From Acutalibacteraceae bacterium (GTDB lineage Bacteria; Bacillota; Clostridia; Oscillospirales; Acutalibacteraceae), in contig JAZTWP010000051.1 of assembly GCA_045636025.1 (NCBI GenBank), forward strand, positions 5,957 to 69,956: 64,000 nt of DNA, in the 5' to 3' direction. This document shows, one piece after another, positions 25,281 through 34,074 of the stretch (within the stretch, counting starts at the first letter, position 1; every line of letters begins with the position of its first letter). Position numbers and translations under genes: made by a program. The notes below the pieces were generated by a model, which did no database searches, was not told the DNA's origin, and was given only the letters and a program-made list of their open reading frames with translations.

Positions 25281-26099
25281 TTAAAAATCTTCCCAAAAGG
25301 AATCAGTTGAATGTGTGAAAATGTTTGGTGACTCTAATTTCGCAGCAATTCGTAACGCAATTCTTGCATCTATAGCTGTAATCCTTCCGTCAAAATCAGC
25401 ATCACTCATAATAAAAAATTCTTTAAGTTCTTTTTTTGAAAGAGTGTTTGTCGGGTCGTAAAGTCCTGCGGAATAGCGAAGAAGATTTCTTGCGTGGATT
25501 GCTGTGGGGTTATATTCTCTGTTGCCGTTTTCGGGGATTCGTGCTGAAGATGAATAAGAAAATGTTAAAAACGGATAGTTTATAAATTCTATGTCTTCAT
25601 TTGCTATAAGTTTATCAATATTGTTGCCTTTAATTGAAATTATAGCACAAGGGGTTGTGCTGCCACAGTAAATAATTTCAGAAAATGAGGAGATTGTACT
25701 TAACAGAGAAAGGTTTTTTTTCTCAGAAAAATCATTATTATAATTCAAATAAAGATTAAGATAATAATTATCGTCAGAATCTTTCATTTCATTATATAAA
25801 GAATATCCGATTTTCTTCATATTTTCTGAGCCGAAAAAATCATTGAATTTTTGCAGAATGAATTGTTTTTCTACAGAAGTACCCTCGTTGAGTATTCTGA
25901 TTGTTGAGGTGTAAGATGAATAACAATCCTTAAAAAAGGTATCATAGTGCAGCTTGAAATATTGATTTTTAATAAATGATTGATCTTCTCCGTTGACAGT
26001 TATTGATGTGTGCCAACCGGATTTTTCTTCTGCATACGAGGTTGTTGAAAACAGAAGGATTGTTGAGATAATAATTATTGTAAATATGAGTTTTTTCAT
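25281..26099 (-). CDS. Secreted hypothetical protein with a C-terminal dockerin-like module (first repeat degenerate)
   Basis: Trimmed to the ATG at 26099 (RBS AGGAGAAA). The signal peptide is MKKLIFTIIIISTILLFSTTSYA. The C-terminus DADFDGRITAIDARIALRIAAKL is an EF-hand-like dockerin repeat. The gene is AT-rich. Confidence 0.7.
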   Translation of the reverse strand: MKKLIFTIIIISTILLFSTTSYAEEKSGWHTSITVNGEDQSFIKNQYFKLHYDTFFKDCYSSYTSTIRILNEGTSVEKQFILQKFNDFFGSENMKKIGYSLYNEMKDSDDNYYLNLYLNYNNDFSEKKNLSLLSTISSFSEIIYCGSTTPCAIISIKGNNIDKLIANEDIEFINYPFLTFSYSSSARIPENGNREYNPTAIHARNLLRYSAGLYDPTNTLSKKELKEFFIMSDADFDGRITAIDARIALRIAAKLESPNIFTHSTDSFWEDF

Positions 26100-26110
26100 T
26101 AAGCTTTCTC

Positions 26111-27913
26111 CTATCCTTGAAGCCAAGCGTATGCAAAACGAACATCAGACGGATTTGTTGTTGCTTGGCGACATATTTTTATAGTATAATTTCCGTTTGA
26201 TGCTGGGGTGAAATCAACAATTTCAACATTATTATTGGTTGTTGTGGATGAACAAACAAGATTGCCGTTGACATCATAAATATACAAATCTAAATTATTG
26301 TTACAATTAGATTCAACAAAACCATTTGAGTTTGTTGAAAAGCTTTTTTCAAAAGTTAATGCAACTCTTGTTTCTTTATTTGAATCAAGGTTGATGGTAA
26401 ATGTGTTTTCTGTTGTAGCTTTGCCAAAAACACCAAAATCATATTGATAAAATTTTGCAATATATCCACTTCTTACGCAATCGACTAAACCGGCCCCGCA
26501 TTGAATATATGATTCCGGTGGGTTGTTTACATCTGTTGTAATTTGTTTTTGAGAAGGTGTGAAGCTTAAGCTTGGGTTTGTGCCTGCAACTAAAGTTGCT
26601 TTTAATGCAACAGGCGACAATAATAACATTGGATCTGTTTCACCTATGAGAGCAGCAGATGCCGCCACATGAGGCGCAGCGTAGCTTGTTCCTGTATATT
26701 CTTGTAAATCAAGCAAAATGTTTGTGCCCGGAGCACAAATATCAGGTTTTGACGGTAAATTGGTTATATTGCTTTGGTTGATATGGCTTGATGTGTAGTG
26801 TATCTGGTCATCAGTTCTTGAAGATGTTCTTTGATCGTCCAAATTTCCTACTGAGATCACATTGTATGCAATTGCAGGATCAGAAACACCATTTGTTGAA
26901 AAATTACCACAGGCAACAACAAAAGTCAATAGATAGTTTGCAGAATAATAATCAATTAAATATGAATTTTCATTGTAGTTATTGTAGATTGGATTTCCGT
27001 TCCTGTCTATTGAAGATAAATCTAAACTTATATTTACGATATCAACATTATTATCTATAAGCCAATGAATGTTAGGAATTATAGATTCTGCAGTAGTTGG
27101 AAGAATTGTGCAGTAAAGATTGGCATCAGGAGCTAACCCCTTTGCACAATTGTTTGCACCTTGACTAACCATTATTTCTGCAATATTTGTTGCATGAGAA
27201 TTAACAATGTTTGATGAAAAAGACGGATCAAGTGTGATGTTTGCATCAAGAAGTGCAGGTCTGTTTGTAACAGGAAATGCACGATCTATCAAACCTAAGT
27301 TGACACCATTGCCTGACTGACCAAAATTACCATTTGTTTGTACAATGTTTGCTCGTGTAACTTCTCGACTTGTATGTAATAATAATTCTGCCTGAATTTG
27401 AGGTGTGTAAAAAATATGTGTTATATTGCTTCTTGTTGATAATGTAATTATTTCTTTTTTTGATAACTCCATAAATATGAAGGGCGCGTAAGTGTCAACA
27501 TATTTAACAGAACCGAACTTTACAAATGATTCTCTGTTGTTATTATAATTTTCTTCGCATAAATTTTTCATAATTATTTTATTTCGGTTTCTGTATTCAG
27601 AGACGATTTCAAATTTTTGTTCGACTGTTAATTCTTTTATTTCATCAAGCGAATTTATTTTTCTTTCTTCAAAAATTTCCAAAAGAATGTCAGGTTTTTT
27701 TGAAGTTATAAAAGAATCTTCAAGCCAAATGGTTACAGGGATATTATCATTGTTATTTGATTCGTTTAGAATTTTTATTGTTTCGCTTGAAAGTTTGCTT
27801 TCACAGCTATCAAGAAAATCTGAATATGCCTTAATGGAATAAGCATTGCTGCTTATAAGTGAAAGAAGAACGAAACTAATAATAAATGTCTTAAAAGTTC
27901 TTGTTTTTTTTAT
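26111..27913 (-). CDS. S8 family (subtilisin-like) serine peptidase precursor, extended to a probable ATA start
   Basis: The catalytic residues fit: Asp in GLIDRAF, His in NSHATNIAE, Asn in ACGNFS, Ser in GTSYAAPHVAASA. A C-terminal beta-rich P/PPC-like domain is present. The ORF caller starts at an internal TTG (27682). The frame is open for 77 more codons back to ATA at 27913, which lies 7 nt after AAAGGAGA and yields a signal peptide. Confidence 0.8.
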   Translation of the reverse strand: MKKTRTFKTFIISFVLLSLISSNAYSIKAYSDFLDSCESKLSSETIKILNESNNNDNIPVTIWLEDSFITSKKPDILLEIFEERKINSLDEIKELTVEQKFEIVSEYRNRNKIIMKNLCEENYNNNRESFVKFGSVKYVDTYAPFIFMELSKKEIITLSTRSNITHIFYTPQIQAELLLHTSREVTRANIVQTNGNFGQSGNGVNLGLIDRAFPVTNRPALLDANITLDPSFSSNIVNSHATNIAEIMVSQGANNCAKGLAPDANLYCTILPTTAESIIPNIHWLIDNNVDIVNISLDLSSIDRNGNPIYNNYNENSYLIDYYSANYLLTFVVACGNFSTNGVSDPAIAYNVISVGNLDDQRTSSRTDDQIHYTSSHINQSNITNLPSKPDICAPGTNILLDLQEYTGTSYAAPHVAASAALIGETDPMLLLSPVALKATLVAGTNPSLSFTPSQKQITTDVNNPPESYIQCGAGLVDCVRSGYIAKFYQYDFGVFGKATTENTFTINLDSNKETRVALTFEKSFSTNSNGFVESNCNNNLDLYIYDVNGNLVCSSTTTNNNVEIVDFTPASNGNYTIKICRQATTNPSDVRFAYAWLQG

Positions 27914-28185
27914 GAAAAATTCTCCTTTTTGATTTTTTTGTAGATTTTGATTTTAAGATAAAACCATTGGAATCACCTTCTTGAAAATTAATAGTATGTT
28001 TAACTTCATACACTATATAAAAGAAGCATTTTTCGAGAATGTAACACAAATAATTGACTTTTTATTTTTTTGTATAAATACACAAACAAAGATGCTGTTT
28101 GTTGTGTATATTGCCGGAGCTTTTTTATTGAAACAAACATTCAGATGTTTGTAATTGTTCTTTTTGAGAGAATTTATATTTTTTG

Positions 28186-28220
28186 CAAAAAAAAATACCG
28201 AGGATATGGAATCCTCGGTA
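28186..28220 (-). terminator. Intrinsic terminator after rny
   Basis: Stem taccgagga / tcctcggta, followed on the minus strand by a run of 9 or more T. Confidence 0.8.
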
Positions 28221-28227
28221 AAAAATA

Positions 28228-29781
28228 TTATTTTGCGTAGTCGCAGGCACGGCTTTCTCTGATGATATTGACTTTGATCTGACCGGGATATTCAAGTTCA
28301 TCCTCAATCTTCTTGACGATATCTCTTGCAACGAGAATCATCTGATCGTCTGAAATAACATCGGGTTTAACCATAATACGGACTTCACGGCCTGCCTGAA
28401 TTGCAAATGACTTTTCAACACCGTTGAATGAAGTTGCAATTTCTTCAAGCTTTTCAAGACGTTTGATGTAGTTCTGAACATTTTCACGTCTTGCGCCGGG
28501 TCTTGCAGCTGAGATTGCGTCTGCAGCCTGAACAAGACAAGCAACGATTGTTTTTGCCTCAACGTCACCGTGGTGAGCGTGGATAGCGTGAACAACACCT
28601 TCGTTTTCTTTGTACTTCTTTGCGTATTCAACACCGAGTTCGATGTGTGAACCGTCAAACTGATGGTCAAGAGCTTTACCGATATCGTGAAGAAGACCGG
28701 CTCTCTTTGCCATTTTGACGTCTGCACCGATTTCTGATGCCATAAGACCTGCAATGTAAGAAACTTCAAGTGCGTGGTTAAGTACGTTCTGACCGTAACT
28801 TGTTCTGTACTTGAGTCTGCCGAGAAGTTTAACGAGTTCACCGTGGATACCGTTAACACCTGCATCGATGACAGCTCTGTCACCTGCCTGCTTGATTGAA
28901 TGCTCAACTTCTCTCTTTGATTTTTCATACATCTCTTCAATTCTTGTGGGATGTATTCTGCCGTCAGTAATGAGCTTTTCAAGAGTGAGTCTTGCGATTT
29001 CACGTCTTACGGGGTCAAAGCTTGATACTGTGATAGCTTCGGGTGTGTCATCGATGATAAGGTCAACACCTGTGATTGTTTCAAGTGTTCTGATGTTTCT
29101 GCCTTCACGACCGATGATTCTTCCCTTCATTTCATCGTTGGGAAGATTTACTACTGAAACTGTAGCTTCAGCAGCGTGGTCTGCAGCACATCTCTGGATT
29201 GCTGATGTGATGATTTCTCTTGCGAGGTTTTCTGCCTCGTCTTTTGTCTGCTGTTCGATTTCAAGAATCTTGAGAGCCTTTTCGTGTGTCAGCTCACCTT
29301 CAAGGTTTTTGATAAGATGTTCTTTTGCCTGTTCTTTTGTGAAGCCTGAAATTTTTTCAAGCATATCAAATTGGCTCTTTTTGAGTGCTTCAACTTCAAG
29401 GAGCTTATTTTCAGCTTCTTTGATTTTCTTGTTGAGAGTTTCATCTTTCTTTTCAAGGTTGTCTGCCTTTTTGTCAAGATTTTCTTCTTTCTGAACGAGA
29501 CGTCTTTCCTGTTTCTGGACTTCATTACGGCGTTCTTTGATTTCTCTTTCGAGGTCATTGCGCTGTTTATGTATTTCGTCCTTAGCTTCAAGGATAGCTT
29601 CTTTTTTCTTTGATTCTGCTTCTGAGACAGCCTGACTCAGAATTCTGTTAGCTTCGTCTTCCGCTGAGCCGATAGCAGCTTCCGCCACTCTTTTTCTGTT
29701 GATTCCGCCTGTCACAAAACCGACAACGCCGAATACAACAGCAGCTGCAACAATAAGACCTATTGCCAAACCGAGTTCCAT
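28228..29781 (-). CDS. rny: Ribonuclease Y
   Basis: 517 aa. It has an N-terminal TM helix, a Lys/Glu-rich coiled coil, a KH domain ([12 protein letters not shown]) and an HD domain (LLHDIGKA). Confidence 0.95.
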   Translation of the reverse strand: MELGLAIGLIVAAAVVFGVVGFVTGGINRKRVAEAAIGSAEDEANRILSQAVSEAESKKKEAILEAKDEIHKQRNDLEREIKERRNEVQKQERRLVQKEENLDKKADNLEKKDETLNKKIKEAENKLLEVEALKKSQFDMLEKISGFTKEQAKEHLIKNLEGELTHEKALKILEIEQQTKDEAENLAREIITSAIQRCAADHAAEATVSVVNLPNDEMKGRIIGREGRNIRTLETITGVDLIIDDTPEAITVSSFDPVRREIARLTLEKLITDGRIHPTRIEEMYEKSKREVEHSIKQAGDRAVIDAGVNGIHGELVKLLGRLKYRTSYGQNVLNHALEVSYIAGLMASEIGADVKMAKRAGLLHDIGKALDHQFDGSHIELGVEYAKKYKENEGVVHAIHAHHGDVEAKTIVACLVQAADAISAARPGARRENVQNYIKRLEKLEEIATSFNGVEKSFAIQAGREVRIMVKPDVISDDQMILVARDIVKKIEDELEYPGQIKVNIIRESRACDYAK

Positions 29782-30001
29782 TACTTTACACCTCCGTGTT
29801 ATTTGATTTGACTGAAAAATAAATGACTTGCGTCATGATAATAATTTCAGAAAAACAATGCAAAAAGAAAATACTGATGCATTATCCATAATATATTATA
29901 ACTAAATTAATATATTGTCAAGTAGTTACTACAGTTTTTTTTGTATAAATATAATAAACTTTATGCATAATTGTCATTTTTATCAAAAACTAAAATTTCT
30001 A

Positions 30002-30030
30002 TTGCAAAAACACACGGAATAAATTACAAT
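30002..30030 (+). promoter_or_regulatory. Promoter for the GPH/MFS transporter gene
   Basis: TTGCAA (30002-30007), a 17-nt spacer, then TACAAT (30025-30030). Confidence 0.4.
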
Positions 30031-30070
30031 ATAAAGACATGATTATATTATCGTTTAAGGAGGGTAAAGT

Positions 30071-31588
30071 ATGGATGACAAAAAAACTGCTGTCGCTTCG
30101 CAGGAGCAGGAAAGAATAGACAGGCAGCTGGAACAGCAGAATAAATTTTACCTTACGCCAAAAGAAATGGCATCATACATACTTTCAGGTATCGGCGATA
30201 AAAACTGGGAAACATTCAGCGGTGCCAACTCGGACTTCTATTACAGAACGATTCTCGGTGCAGAGGCGGCAACTCTCAGTACTGCAAGTGTTATCTGTAC
30301 ATTTGCAGACACGTTTGATAATGCGATTTCAGGTCCGATTATTGACAGAACAAGAACAAGATGGGGCAGAGTGCGTCCTTTCCTTGTGCTTACACTTCCT
30401 TTGTGGATTGCTGCAAATTTCTGTCCCTGGTTGTTGCCCAACGGTATGTCTCAGCTGGCATATCTCGGTATTTTTGCGCTTCTCAACTACATCGGCTCTG
30501 TTGCAAACTCATTTTATACACCTGCATATTCAGCACTTCTTTTCAATCTGACTCCCAATGTAAATGAGAGAAACAGACTCATTGCGGCAGACACATATGT
30601 TGACCTTTTCGGTGTATGGATTCCGTCGTTGTTCCCGTTTCTCATTGACTTTCTGCCCGAATCCGTTCCGAGACAGTCAATATACATCGGCGGTGCGTTG
30701 TTCTTTGTTGCGCTAGTAATTGTTTTCAGAGTTTTCGGTTTCTTCTCTCTGCGTGAAAGAATGCCCCTTGCTTCAAGACAGGAAATGAATGAAGTAAGTG
30801 TATGGAAATCAATCAAAATCGTTGCAAAATGTCAGCCTATGTGGATTCTTCTCATAAAAGGCTTTTTTGAAGTGGGCAGAGGCATCAGCTCACGAGTGCA
30901 GAATGACTTCTGGCTCAACTGTTACGGCAAGGTGTCTTACAGCACCATAACAAGCCTTTTCACAGGTCTTCCGTCATATTTTGTACTTCCTCTTGCACCT
31001 AAGCTCACAAGAAAAATGGGTCTTAAGAATCTCGGTTCGCTCAGTTATGCGATAGGAGGTGTTGCATACCTCCTTATGTGGGCAATAGGCTACAATCCTT
31101 TCGGAGAGAAACACCTTGTCCTCAATCTCATCTACATCACAATAATGCTTACTTTTGCAGGTTCATTCAACAGCGTGCAGAGATACTGTAACACAGCTCT
31201 CACGGGTGATATGTATGACTATGTTGAGTGGAAAACAGGCATCAGAAACGAAGGTATTATGAGTGCTGCGATGGGTTACATAAATCTGGTTGTAAATCAG
31301 GTTTCAACTCTTCTCAGCGGTGGTCTTATCACTGTGCTGGGCATCAGATCAAAGTATATGGGCGGTAAGCTTGTTAGACAGACCGATCCCGTTATGCTCC
31401 GCAATATCTGGGGGCTTTTTGCTCTTTCAATCGGTATCGGCAGAACAATAGAGGCTGTACTTCTCCTCTTCTTCAAGGTTCACGGAAAAACAAGAGAAAA
31501 AATGATGCAGGACCTTGCTGTTTCACGAGCCGCAAAGATAGTTGACTCAGGTGAAAATGAAGGTGAAAAAGACGATTCTTCACAGTAA
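30071..31588 (+). CDS. MFS transporter, glycoside-pentoside-hexuronide (GPH):cation symporter family
   Basis: 505 aa with about 12 TM segments. The DNAISGPIIDRTRTRWGRVRPF loop is characteristic of MelB/GPH symporters. Confidence 0.75.
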   Translation: MDDKKTAVASQEQERIDRQLEQQNKFYLTPKEMASYILSGIGDKNWETFSGANSDFYYRTILGAEAATLSTASVICTFADTFDNAISGPIIDRTRTRWGRVRPFLVLTLPLWIAANFCPWLLPNGMSQLAYLGIFALLNYIGSVANSFYTPAYSALLFNLTPNVNERNRLIAADTYVDLFGVWIPSLFPFLIDFLPESVPRQSIYIGGALFFVALVIVFRVFGFFSLRERMPLASRQEMNEVSVWKSIKIVAKCQPMWILLIKGFFEVGRGISSRVQNDFWLNCYGKVSYSTITSLFTGLPSYFVLPLAPKLTRKMGLKNLGSLSYAIGGVAYLLMWAIGYNPFGEKHLVLNLIYITIMLTFAGSFNSVQRYCNTALTGDMYDYVEWKTGIRNEGIMSAAMGYINLVVNQVSTLLSGGLITVLGIRSKYMGGKLVRQTDPVMLRNIWGLFALSIGIGRTIEAVLLLFFKVHGKTREKMMQDLAVSRAAKIVDSGENEGEKDDSSQ

Positions 31589-31597
31589 AAATATGTG

Positions 31598-31626
31598 TTG
31601 ACATCCAATCTTTTATGCTATATAAT
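31598..31626 (+). promoter_or_regulatory. Consensus sigma-A promoter
   Basis: TTGACA (31598-31603), a 17-nt spacer ending in TGC, then TATAAT (31621-31626). Confidence 0.6.
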
Positions 31627-31681
31627 ATAATTAAAGTATTACCCTGTAATGTCAGGAATTTTATTCAGGAGGAATGAACAA

Positions 31682-32734
31682 ATGAAAAAAGTCATCTCTG
31701 TTCTTCTTACAGTTGCAATGATTTTCTCAATTGCTTCAATATCTGCTTTCGCTGCAGATACATATGAAATCGTATTTGAAGAGTTTCCCTATGATATCTC
31801 GGAATACAGAACCGATTACATCGGCAAATACGAAGGATACGAATACGGTACAGATTACTGGTTTACAATCACAAATCCCGACGGCACAACAACAGACATC
31901 AAGGGTTTCCCTTACAGCGTTGAAGTTAAGGCTGGCAGAGCACTTGAATTCGTTGTTTCTGTTGCAGATCACGTTGAACCCTCATCAGTTAGAATTCTTG
32001 CTTACCCCACAGGCACTCCCGCTGCAGAGCTTTATGAGCCCGTGACCGGCGAACCCGATGCAAACTACTATGTAGCATCAAGCAGTGCTAATACATACGG
32101 TCTTATCCCCTCAGAAGATCTCACAGTATGTGTTTCTGAGTGGCACCTTTACAACGACTGTTTCCTTTTTGAGTTCCCCGCATCAGAATACTATACATCA
32201 AACAGACTTCAGTACAACGAAGGTATGGTAAATCTCTGGGATATGTATACTCCCTTCGAATGGGGCAACACAAAAGTTATCTACGTTAACGAAACAATCT
32301 TCTTCGAAGTAAGAATCCCCCTTGACGGTAAGTATGATTACCACTACGAAACATATCAGGTATACTACACAACAGGTTACGGTTCAGACGAAGAAACTGT
32401 TTACCTCAAGAAGAATGCTTCAGAAAAAGAAGGCACAGAAGCTATCGACCAGAGAATCGGTCACTATGAGACTGATACAGAATGGGTTGACCTTTATGCT
32501 ATCCCCGATGCTGACAACACAATGAATATCAAGGTTGTAAACACAGTTACTTACACTATTGATATGCTTGCTCAGTTCTTTGCGGACTTCAGCCTTGAAA
32601 ATCTTGATTCTATCGATCTCGGTTCACTCGATATCGCTCCCATGCTTGAGTATATTCTCAGACTTGCAAACCTTATTGTCAAGATGCTTAATGCTTTCGG
32701 TCTCAGCATTACTCTCCCCGACCTTCTTGGTTAA
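31682..32734 (+). CDS. Secreted hypothetical protein with a C-terminal amphipathic tail
   Basis: Trimmed to the ATG at 31682 (AGGAGG RBS). The signal peptide is MKKVISVLLTVAMIFSIASISAFA. I recognise no family. The tail EYILRLANLIVKMLNAFGLSI resembles the tail of the 5015-8470 protein. Confidence 0.65.
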   Translation: MKKVISVLLTVAMIFSIASISAFAADTYEIVFEEFPYDISEYRTDYIGKYEGYEYGTDYWFTITNPDGTTTDIKGFPYSVEVKAGRALEFVVSVADHVEPSSVRILAYPTGTPAAELYEPVTGEPDANYYVASSSANTYGLIPSEDLTVCVSEWHLYNDCFLFEFPASEYYTSNRLQYNEGMVNLWDMYTPFEWGNTKVIYVNETIFFEVRIPLDGKYDYHYETYQVYYTTGYGSDEETVYLKKNASEKEGTEAIDQRIGHYETDTEWVDLYAIPDADNTMNIKVVNTVTYTIDMLAQFFADFSLENLDSIDLGSLDIAPMLEYILRLANLIVKMLNAFGLSITLPDLLG

Positions 32735-32779
32735 TTCAAATTACGATTGTTCGTTCTTTGCAAGACATTATCCCATATC

Positions 32780-32818
32780 AAAGCGAGGCAGGAATTTCCT
32801 GCCTCGCTTTGCTTTGTT
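32780..32818. terminator. Bidirectional intrinsic terminator between convergent genes
   Basis: A 13-bp stem aaagcgaggcagg / cctgcctcgcttt with an aattt loop and T-rich flanks. Confidence 0.75.
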
Positions 32819-33744
32819 CAGCCGAAAATGCTTTCTGTTTTTCTGATGCATTCGGGTGGTGAATAGATAAAACTGTCTATGTGACTTCTGTTGCAGAAAT
32901 ATTTTATTTCCTGCAAGGGGTATGCAGCTTTGAAGCTGTCCACGATAATGAGTTTAAGCTTCATTTTTTCGGGAATTATGTTTTTGATAAAAACGCTGCA
33001 ATGCTGTCCCTCTTCTATGCCGTCTGTCAATTCCGCAAGACCTGCAAGGTTTGGTGTCAGCTCCACAAAAATGCCGTATGTTTCTATGCTTCGCACAATT
33101 CCCGGCACAGTTTCACCCACGGCAAAGAGGGATGCGTTTTCCTCCCAGGTGCCGAGAAGTTCTTTCATTGTAAGAGTCAGTCTGCCTGAGTCGTCACGGC
33201 TTCTGATGATTGTTCTTATGTCTTTTCCCACGGTGAGTCTTGCAGAGGGGTGGGGAATTCTTGAAACGGAGATGCCGTCTATGGGCAGAAGTGCACTTAT
33301 GCCGCAACCGATATCGCAGAATGCACCGAAAGGCTCCAGATGTGTGACAACAGCATTGATTACGTCACCGCAGCGGAGTCTGTCTAAGTATTTTTCTTTG
33401 CATTCCTCCTGAGCGACACGTCGGCTCAGTACTGCAAATGGTGTTCCCGAGGGTCCTGTTTCAATTTCCATCACTTTGAAACAGACTGTCTTGTTGACTT
33501 TTGAAATAATGGCAATATCCCTTATAAGTCCTTCTTTTATTCCCATTGCACATTCGTCTCTGGGGATAATTCCTCTCATACTGCCGAGATTTACGTGAAG
33601 ATTATGTTCATTGTCGCACAGAAGTGCCCTTGATTCGAGAATTGTTCCCTGAATCATCGCTTCGTGCAGAGCTGACTCGGAATAAACCGCGTCTGACGAT
33701 TTTCTGTTGTATATTGTTCTGCCCTCAGGCTTATATTCAGTCAT
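32818..33744 (-). CDS. S1 RNA-binding domain protein (three S1-like motifs)
   Basis: 308 aa. The S1/OB signatures are GTILESRALL...GIIPRDE, GDVINAVVTHLEPFGAFCDIG and GETVPGIVRSIETYGIFVEL. Confidence 0.7.
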   Translation of the reverse strand: MTEYKPEGRTIYNRKSSDAVYSESALHEAMIQGTILESRALLCDNEHNLHVNLGSMRGIIPRDECAMGIKEGLIRDIAIISKVNKTVCFKVMEIETGPSGTPFAVLSRRVAQEECKEKYLDRLRCGDVINAVVTHLEPFGAFCDIGCGISALLPIDGISVSRIPHPSARLTVGKDIRTIIRSRDDSGRLTLTMKELLGTWEENASLFAVGETVPGIVRSIETYGIFVELTPNLAGLAELTDGIEEGQHCSVFIKNIIPEKMKLKLIIVDSFKAAYPLQEIKYFCNRSHIDSFIYSPPECIRKTESIFG

Positions 33745-33888
33745 ACTGAACCGTCCTTTCAGATGATTTTTTTGTCACCTTAAATAAATATGAATTTTTG
33801 AAATTTTTAGACTAAAAAATGTTTGATATTGTGAAAAAATATGTTATCATATAATGTGAATATTTATGTTGATATCCGGAGGCGCAAT

Positions 33889-34062
33889 ATGGATATAAAT
33901 GTCGGTGACAGAGTTGAAATGAAAAAACCGCATCCCTGCGGAGGTAAAGAGTTCGAAATTCTCAGAATCGGAATGGATTTCAAGATAAAATGCTGCGGCT
34001 GCGGACGTGAAGTTATGGTGCCCAGATCCAAAGCAGAAAAAAATATAAAGAACATTCTTTAA
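33889..34062 (+). CDS. DUF951 family small protein
   Basis: Trimmed to the ATG at 33889 (GGAGG RBS). MDINVGDRVEMKKPHPCGG...KCCGCGREVMVPR matches the conserved Firmicute DUF951 pattern. Confidence 0.75.
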   Translation: MDINVGDRVEMKKPHPCGGKEFEILRIGMDFKIKCCGCGREVMVPRSKAEKNIKNIL

Positions 34063-34074
34063 GGAATTGCAGTT

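Noticed and set aside
28338-29613. Several long ORFs overlapping rny in other frames or on the other strand (28338-29003, 28811-29494, 29289-29591, 29371-29613)
   Set aside because: They lie entirely within the well-supported RNase Y gene. Their translations are low-complexity Ser/Leu/Phe or Lys-rich strings produced by reading the Lys/Glu-rich coiled-coil region out of frame. They have no RBS.
32881-33412. Antisense ORFs inside the S1-domain gene, and similar alternative-frame ORFs inside the DUF4474-like gene (41437-42012), trmH (57791-58252), the LRR gene (52706-53146, 53363-53680) and murA (13150-13542, 13814-14143)
   Set aside because: Each is embedded in a gene with clear family motifs, has no RBS and gives a low-complexity or stop-avoiding translation.
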